DNA of 64,000 nt, taken from assembly GCA_016787045.1 (NCBI GenBank), contig JAEUVA010000010.1, positions 100,531 to 164,530 on the forward strand. Direction: 5' to 3'. A program made the position numbers and the translations under genes. Position 1 is the first letter of the stretch. Each line of letters opens with the position of its first letter. Source of the DNA: Chitinophagales bacterium (GTDB lineage Bacteria > Bacteroidota > Bacteroidia > Chitinophagales > LD1). Positions 38,494-50,566 of this stretch are shown here, piece after piece. The notes under the pieces were generated by a model. It did not search any database and was not told where the DNA came from. It saw nothing but the letters and a program-made list of their open reading frames with translations.

Positions 38494-39456
38494 ATGGTAA
38501 AGTATAATGTCAACGACTTTTTAGCATTACAACCCCATTTTGACCGAGTGCTGCATAAAAAGCAGCTCTTGGACGAAGCAAGGCCACTTACCCTGTACTC
38601 TTTACAAAAAGTAAAAGAGCAGTTGTTTATGGAGTGGACTTACAACAGCAATGCCATGGAGGGCAATACCATTACCCTTAATGAAACCAAATTGGTGCTG
38701 CAAGATGGCATGACGGTAAGAGGCAAATCGCTGCGCGAACATTTTGAGGTTACCAACCATCACGATGCCATTGCGTATTTAGAGCAACTGGTTGCCCCAA
38801 GCTATACTTTGCGCGAGCGCGATATATTGGATATTCATCAAATGGTGATGCAGCGTAATGATAGAGAGTTTGCCGGGCGTATCCGTAATGCCGGTGTACG
38901 TATTACGGGCGCCAATTTTGTGCCGCCCAATGCCTTGTGCGTGCCCGATTTTTTGAATGAATTGATTGGGTGGACCAACACTAACCCCGATGAGCTAAAT
39001 GCCTTGTGGTTAGCCACGGTGTTTCACCACCATATGGTTTGGATACACCCGTTTTTTGATGGCAATGGCCGCACGGTGCGTTTAGTTATGAATTTGCTGC
39101 TTATGCGCGAGGGTTTTCCTCCGGCCATTATTCTCAAAAACGACCGCAAAAAGTATTACGAGGCACTCAACCAGGCCAATGGCGGGCAGTACAGCAAGCT
39201 GGCGTTGCTTATGCTGCAAGCGCTGGAGCGTTCGTTAGATATTTACCTCTCGGCTGTACCGGGCCGGGAGGATGGGTATTTGCCCATATCGCAAATAGTA
39301 GAGGAAGAAAAAATACCTTACGGACAAGAGTATGTGAGCTTGTTGGCCCGGCAGGGCAAAATAGATGCCTACAAAGAAGGCCGAAACTGGTACACTACTA
39401 CTGCGGCACTAAGGGAGTATGTGAAGGGGAGGAGGAGGAGGAGGGCTACAAAGTAG
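38494..39456 (+). CDS. Fic family protein (AMPylase-type) with an internal inhibitory motif and a C-terminal DNA-binding-like domain
   Basis: Fic motif HPFFDGNGRTVR. N-terminal SNAMEG fits (S/T)xxxE(G/N). C-terminal basic tail from (AGG)5 at 39430-39444. Confidence 0.8.
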   Translation: MVKYNVNDFLALQPHFDRVLHKKQLLDEARPLTLYSLQKVKEQLFMEWTYNSNAMEGNTITLNETKLVLQDGMTVRGKSLREHFEVTNHHDAIAYLEQLVAPSYTLRERDILDIHQMVMQRNDREFAGRIRNAGVRITGANFVPPNALCVPDFLNELIGWTNTNPDELNALWLATVFHHHMVWIHPFFDGNGRTVRLVMNLLLMREGFPPAIILKNDRKKYYEALNQANGGQYSKLALLMLQALERSLDIYLSAVPGREDGYLPISQIVEEEKIPYGQEYVSLLARQGKIDAYKEGRNWYTTTAALREYVKGRRRRRATK

Positions 39457-39796
39457 CAATGAAAGTGCGGAGATAACCAAATAACCTCTACAATACTCAT
39501 TGCATTACTCACATTTTGTTGTACATTAGCCCTTGATTACAGAATATAGATGTGCTTTTTTCAACTTAAATTATTTACATTAACCCTAAATTAAACAATA
39601 ATAGTGAAAAGTGCTTAGTACAACGCTGTACAGTATTTGTAACAGTTAAAACAGATAAGAGCAAACAAATACACCGCTTTTTGGACGAAAAAGCAATAAA
39701 AACACACTAAAATCAGCCAAATCCGAATTGGCTTGGTAGTTGATGTAGTGTTTAGCAAAGTTTCATTTAAGTAAACAGATTTTTTATACAATTACT

Positions 39797-42700
39797 ATGA
39801 ATAAATTTTACACAACCGGTTTTAATACACAGAAGTGGATCAGCAAGCGATTGTTCGGTGCTTTCTTAGCTGTTTTAACTTGCTTCGTTCTTTTTGCACC
39901 ACAGGTGTCCATAGGGCAGTGTAATCATGGCTCGGCATTTGGTGCAGCAACTGCTGCATCATCCAATGGCACTGTTCTGATAGCTACCAACCAGTGGGCG
40001 GGGGAATACGCTACACTGAGCAACATTATTTGTGGTGCAACCTACCGTGTAACATCTTCTGCCACTGGCGACTGGGTAACTATCCGCAGAGGCACACCCG
40101 GTGGAACAGTCGTATCTCATGCCGTTCAAGGCACAAACTGGGTAGCCCCGGCTTCATCGTGTGGTGAGACATTTTATGCCCACATCAGTACAAATAGTGG
40201 CTGTGGAACTCAAAACACCAGTAGAACTACAAATATTGTTACAGTTACACAATGTACTGGGTCAATTGTCTCTTACGGTTATGCTATTGCAAGCGAAACT
40301 AACCCCCTTGTGGTTAAGCCACTGGGTTGTGCTGTAACTTCAGGTAGTGTTAGAGTAGGGTCTGGTGCACAAACCACCATTAATATTGCGCCAAATACTG
40401 TTTACAGTCTCTCTTGGGGGTCGTTGCCTGCAAATATAGATGAGGTGCGTGTTGTTTCAAATGGAACCGGGGGTACCGTTACAGGGAATAATGGCTCATG
40501 GAATTCCGGCTCTTCAACACAGATGACCGTACAAGCCAGGAGGAGTAGTTGTAGCTGGGTAGCCACCTCGGCAACTTTGACTTATAATTATGTCACGCCC
40601 TCTATCGCAGCTAACAACCCCACATCTGCTACCATTTGTACAGGAGGTTCGGTATCCATAGCAGGTGGTGCGCTATCCAACGGTACTGCTCGATATTGGC
40701 AAGGCACTACCAATGGTGGCACTTCGCTCGCTACGTCTGGCACCCCCAACTCTGCTAGTGCTACATCGTATTACAGACCATATAATGGTCCGATTGCAGC
40801 TGCTGCTGGTACACCTGCTTTGGTAGCAGGAGAGGGATGTTGGGGCACACAACAAGCTACAACTATTACAGTAGTTTCCGACCCTACCATACCCACATTA
40901 AATACCGGCAGTACGAGCCCTGCAACAGGCGGCACAGTGTGCAGGGGTGCCACTATAGCCGTACATCTTAACGATGGAGCAGGTGGTACGGGTACAATAA
41001 CCAACTATTACCGGTACAGCGTAGACAACGGTAGTAACTGGTTGCCAAGCGCTACCGGACAATCATGGTCTGCAGGTGGAGGTACTAACTTCAACATTGT
41101 TACCGATGCCCTTACCACTACAGTAATAGTACAAACGCAGCGCCAAGCAAGTGGCTTAGATTGCGGCACAGCCGGCTTTACACAGGTAGCAACCTGGAGC
41201 ACGGTAGCTCCTGTCAGCATCACTCAACACCCGGCCACCCAATCGGTATGTGAGGGATCTCCCACTGTAGTAACCCTTAATGGCAATGCCACAGGCGGCA
41301 CACCAACATTAGTGTTAGATTGGCAGTACTGGAATGGCAGCACATGGAGCAGTGTAGCAGCCAATGTACCTTATGCCGGAGTGAGCTACAGCGGGCAAGG
41401 CAGTACATCTTTACAGATTACGGGCTTGAACGGAGGCACCGGTTTTGCTTCGTATCAGTATCGCTTACAGGCCTCAGCAACGGGCAGTGGCTGTGGTACA
41501 GCAAACTCCAATCCGGCTACGATAACGGTGAACAAGATACCAAGCATTACGGGTACATATGGCAGCATGTGTTTTGGCGGTACCCCGGTTAACCTGACCA
41601 CCAACTTAGACGCTACATCCGGAGTAACGTGGGCCAATACACCATCGTGCTGCATTACTGGCGGCCCATCACCGGCAGCGTATGTGTTTACCGCCCCCAA
41701 TCCGGCACCATCGGCCAGCGCAACGTACAATTTTGTAGCCCGCAACGCCAACAATGTATCCTGCGCAAGCAGCCCGCCATTAAGCATTATTGTATATAGC
41801 AACGATGTGGCCGATGCGGGTCCCGATCAGGCACAATGTAACAGTGGTAATTTTACATTAGCTGCCTTAACTCCTGCATTTGGCACCGGCCAGTGGACGT
41901 GCATGAGCGGCTGTGGAGGGGTAAGTATAAACTCCCCTACCTCGCCTACCAGCACCGTAAGCGGAGTAGCAGCCAACAGCACCGCCCAATTAAGGTGGAG
42001 AGTAACCAACGGCTCATGCCAGTCAGATGCGTTTGTCAACCTCAAACACGATATACCCGCCACGTTTACCTCGTCTGCAGCAGACATGTGTGAGCTTGGC
42101 ACTCGTACGCTAAACGCCACCTTAGGAGGCGGAACGTTCTACGGCAGTTGCGGCCCATGTGTAAGTGGCAATACGTTTACAGCACCCAATGTGTCGGGCG
42201 TATCGCAAAACATATCGTTGGGGTACAATGTAAACACGTGTCCGGATGCCACGCAAACGATTACGGTTTTCAACACGCCACAACCCACAGTAGATGCCGG
42301 TCCGGATCAGAATGTGTGCGGTACCAGTGCCGACTTGGCAGCTACGCAACTTACCGTAGGTAGCGGAGTATGGACTGTACAGGCAGGTAGTGGTACGTTT
42401 AGTCCTGCTAATACGAACTACGATGCCACTGCTATCGGCTTAGCCAATGGCAACAACACCCTGCGCTGGACAGCCACCAACGGAGCGTGCAGCGGATTTG
42501 ATGAAGTAGTGATTAAGAGTAATCAAGTGCCTACTGCTATTCCACATGCTGTGGGTACGTTTACAGCTACACGCGAGTGTTTAGATGTAGCCAGCGGCTA
42601 TACGCATTACTTTGACAATGGAGCAGATGCTACCGCTAATACTGCTGATGACCGTAGAATTTTATCGCTTAAAAAGAATGGAAACAACATCGGCACAGTA

Positions 42701-43747
42701 GGTGTAGGAGGGTTTGATGTGAAAGTAACTCTGGATCCTAACTATGGCAGCAACGGGTACAAGATTGGCTTACCCGGAGCTACCTACGTGCAGAATAATG
42801 TAAACACTTGGGCAGTAATGGCTCGCTGGTGGGATGTAGTGCCAACCACCCAACCCGGCAGCGATGTAGAAGTACAGTTTTACTTTGATGAGACAGATTA
42901 TCAAGATGTGCTGAACATGGCCGCATCGCAAGGATGGGAACCAATACAAGTACCGTACTTAGACTTACAGTTTTACAAGATGATAGGTAACATCAATCCA
43001 TCACCGGCTACCGGCCACCCGGGAGTAACGCCAACCGATGTACAGATATACGATGTGAATGCCTACCATCCAAATGTAAAACAATGGTTCTACAGCCCGT
43101 TTGGCAGCGACCACATCGCCCGCTTTGCCGTCAACAGCTTTAGCGGTGGAGGAGGTGGATTTGGTGGAGGCGGTCAAGGGGCATTACCGGTAGAATTGCT
43201 GTACCTGACGGCTACTGCGATAGACAACAACTACATTAGTGTAGATTGGGCAACTGTGTTAGAAATCAACAATGCCGGCTTTGAAGTACAGCGCAGTACC
43301 GATGCACAAAACTGGAGCACCATCAGTTGGGTAGCTGGAAACAATAATAGCACGGTGCAGCACACCTACCAGTACAAAGACCAAAACGTACAAAAAGGCA
43401 TTGTTTACTACTACCGCCTCAAGCAGATAGACAACGACAGCCACTACGAGTACACCAAGATTGTGAGTGCGATATTGAATGGCAAAAATACGTTTACGGT
43501 ACTGGACTTTGTACCGAACCCCACGTTAGACCAAACAAGCTTATTGATTACAGCCAACGCAGGTACGGAGATTACAGTAGAGTTTTACAGTGGTATTGGT
43601 GAGAAGATGAGCAGTGGAAAATATGTATTAAATGTTGGAGTCAACACCATACCATTCGTTGTTCATCAATTAGCAGCAGGCACTTTTACCGCCATTGTAA
43701 CTAATGGCAACGAGGTGTACAGCAAAAAACTTATCGTTACAAGATAG
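39797..43747 (+). CDS. large secreted multi-Ig-like-domain surface protein with a T9SS C-terminal sorting domain
   Basis: Signal/anchor LFGAFLAVLTCFVLFAPQVSIGQ. Repeated DAGPDQ..C modules. Gly linker GGGGGFGGGGQG. C-terminus FVPNPTLDQTSLLI...GTFTAIVTNGNEVYSKKLIVTR. Confidence 0.75.
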   Translation: MNKFYTTGFNTQKWISKRLFGAFLAVLTCFVLFAPQVSIGQCNHGSAFGAATAASSNGTVLIATNQWAGEYATLSNIICGATYRVTSSATGDWVTIRRGTPGGTVVSHAVQGTNWVAPASSCGETFYAHISTNSGCGTQNTSRTTNIVTVTQCTGSIVSYGYAIASETNPLVVKPLGCAVTSGSVRVGSGAQTTINIAPNTVYSLSWGSLPANIDEVRVVSNGTGGTVTGNNGSWNSGSSTQMTVQARRSSCSWVATSATLTYNYVTPSIAANNPTSATICTGGSVSIAGGALSNGTARYWQGTTNGGTSLATSGTPNSASATSYYRPYNGPIAAAAGTPALVAGEGCWGTQQATTITVVSDPTIPTLNTGSTSPATGGTVCRGATIAVHLNDGAGGTGTITNYYRYSVDNGSNWLPSATGQSWSAGGGTNFNIVTDALTTTVIVQTQRQASGLDCGTAGFTQVATWSTVAPVSITQHPATQSVCEGSPTVVTLNGNATGGTPTLVLDWQYWNGSTWSSVAANVPYAGVSYSGQGSTSLQITGLNGGTGFASYQYRLQASATGSGCGTANSNPATITVNKIPSITGTYGSMCFGGTPVNLTTNLDATSGVTWANTPSCCITGGPSPAAYVFTAPNPAPSASATYNFVARNANNVSCASSPPLSIIVYSNDVADAGPDQAQCNSGNFTLAALTPAFGTGQWTCMSGCGGVSINSPTSPTSTVSGVAANSTAQLRWRVTNGSCQSDAFVNLKHDIPATFTSSAADMCELGTRTLNATLGGGTFYGSCGPCVSGNTFTAPNVSGVSQNISLGYNVNTCPDATQTITVFNTPQPTVDAGPDQNVCGTSADLAATQLTVGSGVWTVQAGSGTFSPANTNYDATAIGLANGNNTLRWTATNGACSGFDEVVIKSNQVPTAIPHAVGTFTATRECLDVASGYTHYFDNGADATANTADDRRILSLKKNGNNIGTVGVGGFDVKVTLDPNYGSNGYKIGLPGATYVQNNVNTWAVMARWWDVVPTTQPGSDVEVQFYFDETDYQDVLNMAASQGWEPIQVPYLDLQFYKMIGNINPSPATGHPGVTPTDVQIYDVNAYHPNVKQWFYSPFGSDHIARFAVNSFSGGGGGFGGGGQGALPVELLYLTATAIDNNYISVDWATVLEINNAGFEVQRSTDAQNWSTISWVAGNNNSTVQHTYQYKDQNVQKGIVYYYRLKQIDNDSHYEYTKIVSAILNGKNTFTVLDFVPNPTLDQTSLLITANAGTEITVEFYSGIGEKMSSGKYVLNVGVNTIPFVVHQLAAGTFTAIVTNGNEVYSKKLIVTR

Positions 43748-43766
43748 TTTATAGAAGCACAAGATT

Positions 43767-43802
43767 TGCAAAAGCCGCCAGAACTGGCGGCTTTTGCATT
43801 TT
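43767..43802 (+). terminator. rho-independent terminator after the large surface protein gene
   Basis: 14-bp perfect stem TGCAAAAGCCGCCA / TGGCGGCTTTTGCA with loop GAAC, followed by TTTT. Confidence 0.85.
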
Positions 43803-43952
43803 AATGCCGGAATAACTGCCAACCTTTCATCGTAGCTCTGCCCCAATTTCAGCCAAAAACTGACAAAAAATCATTTCAGGGGGTGTGGCACGAACTCTGC
43901 TATATTCGCACGCGCAAAATTCATTCATTAACCCAAAAAAATAGCATTTACT

Positions 43953-44231
43953 ATGGCAGACGTAAAGATTAAGCCCTTAGCAGACCGAGTGCTGGTAAAA
44001 CCGGCCGAGGCCGAAACCAAAACAGCCGGAGGAATTATTATACCCGATACGGCTAAAGAAAAACCACAACGTGGAACCGTAGTGGCAGCAGGACCCGGCA
44101 AAAAAGATGAGCCAACATCTGTAAAAACTGGCGACACCATTCTTTATGGCAAGTATTCAGGCACCGAAATTCAGGTGGATGGTGTGGACTACCTTATTAT
44201 GCGCGAGAGCGACATTTTTGCTATCCTTTAA
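43953..44231 (+). CDS. groES: co-chaperonin GroES
   Basis: [44 protein letters not shown]. 92 aa. Confidence 0.95.
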   Translation: MADVKIKPLADRVLVKPAEAETKTAGGIIIPDTAKEKPQRGTVVAAGPGKKDEPTSVKTGDTILYGKYSGTEIQVDGVDYLIMRESDIFAIL

Positions 44232-44257
44232 TTTATTCACCCAAACCAAAAAAGTAA

Positions 44258-45904
<1,647 letters not shown>

Positions 45905-45926
45905 TCATGTTTTTACTATGTTTTCA

Positions 45927-45960
45927 AACCTCGCAGGATTTAGTTCCTGCGAGGTTTTTT
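45927..45960 (+). terminator. rho-independent terminator after groEL
   Basis: 12-bp stem AACCTCGCAGGA / TCCTGCGAGGTT with a 6-nt loop, followed by a T-run. Confidence 0.85.
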
Positions 45961-45980
45961 ATTTGTAACATCGCACACTC

Positions 45981-46994
45981 ATGCATTTTTCTTTTTATCC
46001 GTACCAACTAAAATTCAGGTTTCCTTTTGTCATTGCACACGGTACCCGTACACATACCGAGGTGGTATATGTGAAAGTAGAGTACCAAGGGCTGACCGGA
46101 TGGGGTGAGGCCGCTTTGCCGCCTTATTTAAACGAAACACAAGAAACTGTATTGATGTTTCTGAATCGGTACGCCTCAGCAGTTACCGACATGAGTTTAG
46201 ATGAAGCAACAGCTTTCACACAACAGACAGCAGAGAAAAATTATCCGGCAATGGCTGCCTTAGATATGGCACTGTGGGATATTAAGTTGCTGCAAAATGG
46301 CACATCTATTCATGTTGGCTCCTCCGAAATTTTAAATAAACCACTCAATACTTACACCATAGGAGTATGTAATGCAAAAGAGATGAATTTGAAAGTGGAT
46401 GAAGCATTAGCCAATGGTTTTAAACTATTCAAGTTAAAATTGAATGGCATAGACGATGAGCGAATGGTGAACGATTTCCGGTTGATTACCTCTCTGCCGT
46501 TTGCTGTTGATGCCAACCAATCTTGGGCCGATGTGAGTGTGGCGAAAGAAAAAGCCCACTGGCTAAAAGAGAACGGCTGCATCTTTATTGAGCAGCCCTT
46601 TGCTCAAGAGGAGTTGGATAAAAGTGCAGTGCTTACGCAAGAAAACATATTGCCCGTTTATGCAGATGAGAGCTGTCAAACAATTAGTGATTTAGGTAAT
46701 CTGAAAGATGCTTTTAGTGGCATCAACATTAAACTAATGAAATGCGGAGGTATAACACCGGCATTAGAAATGATAACCAAAGCACGGCAGTTGAACCTTA
46801 AAATCTTGCTCGGCTGCATGAGCGAAAGTACTGTGGGTTGCCGAGCTGCGGCACATTTGGCTCCATTAGTAGATTACACCGATTTAGATGGCCCTTTTTT
46901 AATCAGCAATGATTGTTTCATTGGTTTAAAAATGGAAAACGGGAGTGTGAAAACAGATAAACTGCAGCAAAGAAACAATTTGCGCGCGTCCTGA
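45981..46994 (+). CDS. enolase-superfamily dipeptide epimerase (L-Ala-D/L-Glu epimerase-like)
   Basis: 337 aa. KLKLNG, DANQSW, IEQP and ADES follow the spacing of the MR/MLE-type catalytic and metal ligands. Confidence 0.7.
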   Translation: MHFSFYPYQLKFRFPFVIAHGTRTHTEVVYVKVEYQGLTGWGEAALPPYLNETQETVLMFLNRYASAVTDMSLDEATAFTQQTAEKNYPAMAALDMALWDIKLLQNGTSIHVGSSEILNKPLNTYTIGVCNAKEMNLKVDEALANGFKLFKLKLNGIDDERMVNDFRLITSLPFAVDANQSWADVSVAKEKAHWLKENGCIFIEQPFAQEELDKSAVLTQENILPVYADESCQTISDLGNLKDAFSGINIKLMKCGGITPALEMITKARQLNLKILLGCMSESTVGCRAAAHLAPLVDYTDLDGPFLISNDCFIGLKMENGSVKTDKLQQRNNLRAS

Positions 46995-47026
46995 AAATTG
47001 TGATTACCTGCGTTCTTGTATTTGTC

Positions 47027-47512
47027 CTAAACGGCCATCCTCAACTCATCATACACTTTCTCTATGTAATAGATGGAAAGTTTGTTGCGCTCTGTAATAG
47101 AGCGTTTTACAGAAACAAAAAAGTCTACCAACTTTTTGAAGTCGGCTGGCTTTTGCATGTAGCCATCAGCGCGCATGCGGTAGCAGTCAATCATATCTTT
47201 TTTGTAATCGCTGTTGGTGACCACAATTACCGGCATGGTTTCTAAATCAGGGTCGGTTTTTATTTTTTCCAGCACTTCCTTACCGGTTATTTTAGGCATA
47301 TTCAAATCCAGCAAAATGAGGTCGTAATGCTTGCCAATGATCTTTGCTGTGTCTAACGTTTCGCAGGCCTCTTCGCCATCATATGCATAGTCCAAAACAA
47401 CCAATTCGTCTAAATCGGCCTCCTTGATAGCTTCTTGCATCAAACGTACTTCGGCAGGGTTGTCTTCAATTACCAAAAGGTGATACGATTCTTGAGTGTT
47501 TACTTGCAACAT
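47027..47512 (-). CDS. stand-alone response regulator (receiver domain only)
   Basis: LLVIEDNPAE..., phospho-acceptor context LILLDLNMPK, and MQKP. No output domain. Confidence 0.8.
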   Translation of the reverse strand: MLQVNTQESYHLLVIEDNPAEVRLMQEAIKEADLDELVVLDYAYDGEEACETLDTAKIIGKHYDLILLDLNMPKITGKEVLEKIKTDPDLETMPVIVVTNSDYKKDMIDCYRMRADGYMQKPADFKKLVDFFVSVKRSITERNKLSIYYIEKVYDELRMAV

Positions 47513-47628
47513 ACTTGGGGCATATTTTTGCTACCGCTAATGTACGCTTCAAGCAACACGGGCAACTTTCACTTGCCACATTACTAATGTGGATAAAGTA
47601 TCAATTGCACAAAAACACTACAAGAGCG

Positions 47629-49104
47629 TTAGTCGGTGCCTTCTTGCTTATCGTTATCGTTCACTTTCAGCAGTGATTTGGGGCGGTAGGTAGGGTCTTC
47701 TAGGTGCAAGATGTAGTCTTCAATGTTATCAGCACCTATCCTACGGGCTTTGATGTTTTTTTGAGCATCTAAGATGTACACTTGTGGAGTGCTTTGTATG
47801 TCCCACTCCCAGCGGAAATTACTATGCCGCCTTACATCACACACATTTATCCAGTCCAGATTGTTTTTCTTGATAAACTCAATCCAGTCTTTGTAATTAT
47901 CCATATCCATAATGGTAGGAGAGTATACCTCTACACTGATACCTTTTTTCTTTAGGTTGTGATAGGCCTCTGCCAGAATAGGAATTTCTTTTTTGCAGTG
48001 TGAGCAATCCGGATCCCAAAAAGCAAGGATGGTCCATTTAGCTTTTACATCATATAGTGAGCGCCATTCGGTTTCGGTGCTATCGGTCCACAGAATGAGT
48101 CGTTGTGCTTTTTTATCGCAAAGTACCGGCTCAAGGCGTTTTACGCGGTCGCAAATTTTGAAACGCTTAGCGGTATCAATCCACGGGGTCATGCGGTCAT
48201 CGCAGAAATATTTTTTTCCGAAAAACACATACGCTCCATCAAAACACATGAGTTTGCTGTTGGCTGCTTCGTTAAAAATGTAGGTCAAAATATACCGATA
48301 CATATCACCTTTAAGGTCGGTTTTTTGTATCAAGTCATCACCGGCAACAATTACCGAGTCGGGGTTTTGCACCACCGTTTGGCTCATAAACGTTTTGAGT
48401 TTGTTGTGCAAAATAGGGCAGCGCAACAGGCGATCATCTCTTAAATCTACATTATCCCAATAGTGAGCTTTGTAGTAACGCCACTGCCAGGCAGAGTCTA
48501 TCACTTTGCCGTTAGCATCGCGTGGAAAGTCGGGTACATCCACCTCTTTCATACTCTTGAGCAACTTGGCATAAAAGAGCGATGGATACTGGGTCATAAT
48601 ACCATTGCGTTTTTCACGTACTTCTTTGTCAATGCCTTTTAGTAGCTCCATCAACCGGTCTTTTTCTTTTTGGTCGGTGGCTTTACGGTACAGTGTATTG
48701 AGCGAATCGCTCTTGGTGCGCATGGCGGCTAAGTATTTGGTATCGTCATAAAAAAGGGTGTTTTCTACAGAGCCGGTTACCTTCATTTTGCCCACAAAAT
48801 CGGTGCTGTCGGTTTCTAACGTAAAGGTGGGTTCAGCTATAATAAATTCAAAATATTTATTGCCCATTACCGGAAATACAGCCAGGTAAACACCGCCCGG
48901 CAATGAAGTATCGGCTTTGAAAGTGATGCTGCCTTTGGCGTCTAATTTGAAGGTGTCCTTCACGTACTGCTTATCGCCAAAGTAGTTGGCTAAAATCATT
49001 TCCTGATTTGCTAAACCCTTGATGGTAAGTTTAATATTCATGCCGGCTGCAAAACTGAGTTGACAGATAGCGGCTAAAAGAACAGGTGCGAAAAATTTCT
49101 TCAT
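47629..49104 (-). CDS. secreted thioredoxin-fold (TlpA/AhpC-like) protein with a large N-terminal domain
   Basis: Signal peptide MKKFFAPVLLAAICQLSFA (start moved to ATG 49104). CxxC site in ILAFWDPDCSHCKKEIP. Confidence 0.75.
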   Translation of the reverse strand: MKKFFAPVLLAAICQLSFAAGMNIKLTIKGLANQEMILANYFGDKQYVKDTFKLDAKGSITFKADTSLPGGVYLAVFPVMGNKYFEFIIAEPTFTLETDSTDFVGKMKVTGSVENTLFYDDTKYLAAMRTKSDSLNTLYRKATDQKEKDRLMELLKGIDKEVREKRNGIMTQYPSLFYAKLLKSMKEVDVPDFPRDANGKVIDSAWQWRYYKAHYWDNVDLRDDRLLRCPILHNKLKTFMSQTVVQNPDSVIVAGDDLIQKTDLKGDMYRYILTYIFNEAANSKLMCFDGAYVFFGKKYFCDDRMTPWIDTAKRFKICDRVKRLEPVLCDKKAQRLILWTDSTETEWRSLYDVKAKWTILAFWDPDCSHCKKEIPILAEAYHNLKKKGISVEVYSPTIMDMDNYKDWIEFIKKNNLDWINVCDVRRHSNFRWEWDIQSTPQVYILDAQKNIKARRIGADNIEDYILHLEDPTYRPKSLLKVNDNDKQEGTD

Positions 49105-49216
49105 ACAGATTTTTACTAAGATTGTTTTGGTCACGTCAAATGTATTTTAATTGACGATAAACAGCGGAAGCCGGATTGTTTGAGGGGGTTAAAAAATCTT
49201 AATCGGCAAGCGGTAG

Positions 49217-50452
49217 CTATTCGTAACGCAATGCCTCAACCGGGTCTAAGTCAGCGGCCTTAAGGGCCGGATAAAAACCGGCAGTTAAGCCAACTATAAA
49301 GGTGAAAATAAATCCACCTATTACCCAAACATAAGGGAACAGGAAACCGGTTTTGAGAAAATAGCCCACCAAGTTTCCGATACCAATGCCTAACACAATG
49401 CCCAGTATGCCGCCTATCTGGCAAATCACAATGGCCTCGGTGAGAAACTGTATGCGAATGGCCTTGCGGGTAGCCCCCAATGCTTTGCTGATACCTATTT
49501 CGCGGGTGCGCTCGTTAACGCTCACGAGCATAATGTTCATTAAACCAATACCAGCGCCAATCAATGTAAGTACTCCAATTACTATAGTAGCTACTTTTAC
49601 GTAAGTGAGTTGGTCTAAAATCTGCTCGGCCAATCGTTCGCTGCGGGCAATAGCAAAATCGTTTTCATCGCCCACACGCAACTGCCGGATGGCGCGCAAA
49701 AGCCCGGTTGCTTCATCTATGGCCATGTCTAACTCAGTGGCATTTTGTACCATCACATTTAGGATGTACGAAGGTGCTTCGCCCGGAAAAGCGTAGCGCG
49801 CATTAAGCACCGGCACTATGGCTTGGTTATCGGTAGCTATTTGGCTGGCGCCTTTGCTGCCCAGTATGCCTATCACTTTGTATTTGCGCGAGCCAACACT
49901 TACCAACTTGCCTACCACGGTGTCAAAGGGTTGAAAAATTTTAGCTACTACATCTTTACCCAGTACAATTACATCGCTGCCATTTTCTACTTCGGTCTTC
50001 GAAAAATTGCGCCCCAGGTCAATGTTTTGGCCGCTTACTTTAAGGTAGTTTTCATCGGCCCCAAACACCTTCACGTTGGGGTTAGTTTTTTGCGATTGAA
50101 ACTGAATGGTAGCAAACGTGCTGGCCACTACTGATACGGATATGGTAGAAGGGTAATTGTATGCTTTGATAAAACTATTGGCCTGTTGCAAGCTAATGGG
50201 TGGGTTTTCGGCTTTGCGCCTTCTGCGCGGCCCACCGCCTCTGCGGATGTTGCTTTCGTTTTTAATACCAAAGGTATTGGAGCCCATCTCTGTAAAGCTG
50301 GTCATCATTTTTACTTTGATGCCTTCGGTACTGGTGAGGATGCCGATGAGTGCCGTAATGCCAAACGTTATGATGAGTAGCGTAAGAATGGAGCGCAGCA
50401 GATTGGCTTTTATAGCACGCAGCGCAAGGCGAATGTTTTCGGTCAAATTCAC
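49217..50452 (-). CDS. ABC transporter permease, MacB/FtsX-like
   Basis: N-terminal IRLALRAIKANLLRS plus a TM helix, a periplasmic domain, and C-terminal FtsX helices with TREIGISKALGA. GTG start. Confidence 0.8.
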   Translation of the reverse strand: MNLTENIRLALRAIKANLLRSILTLLIITFGITALIGILTSTEGIKVKMMTSFTEMGSNTFGIKNESNIRRGGGPRRRRKAENPPISLQQANSFIKAYNYPSTISVSVVASTFATIQFQSQKTNPNVKVFGADENYLKVSGQNIDLGRNFSKTEVENGSDVIVLGKDVVAKIFQPFDTVVGKLVSVGSRKYKVIGILGSKGASQIATDNQAIVPVLNARYAFPGEAPSYILNVMVQNATELDMAIDEATGLLRAIRQLRVGDENDFAIARSERLAEQILDQLTYVKVATIVIGVLTLIGAGIGLMNIMLVSVNERTREIGISKALGATRKAIRIQFLTEAIVICQIGGILGIVLGIGIGNLVGYFLKTGFLFPYVWVIGGFIFTFIVGLTAGFYPALKAADLDPVEALRYE

Positions 50453-50566
50453 AACCGCAAATAGAACAATAGCGGGTTGATTTTAAAATCCTTTTTTGGA
50501 ACGCAGATTTTAAGGATGGTCAGGTTTAGTGCTGTGCAAAAAACGCATCAAACATGAACAAAAATG

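Noticed and set aside
43803-43952. Looked for a CIRCE element (TTAGCACTC-N9-GAGTGCTAA) or another obvious heat-shock operator upstream of groES.
   Set aside because: No match or convincing inverted repeat was seen, so I make no regulatory call.
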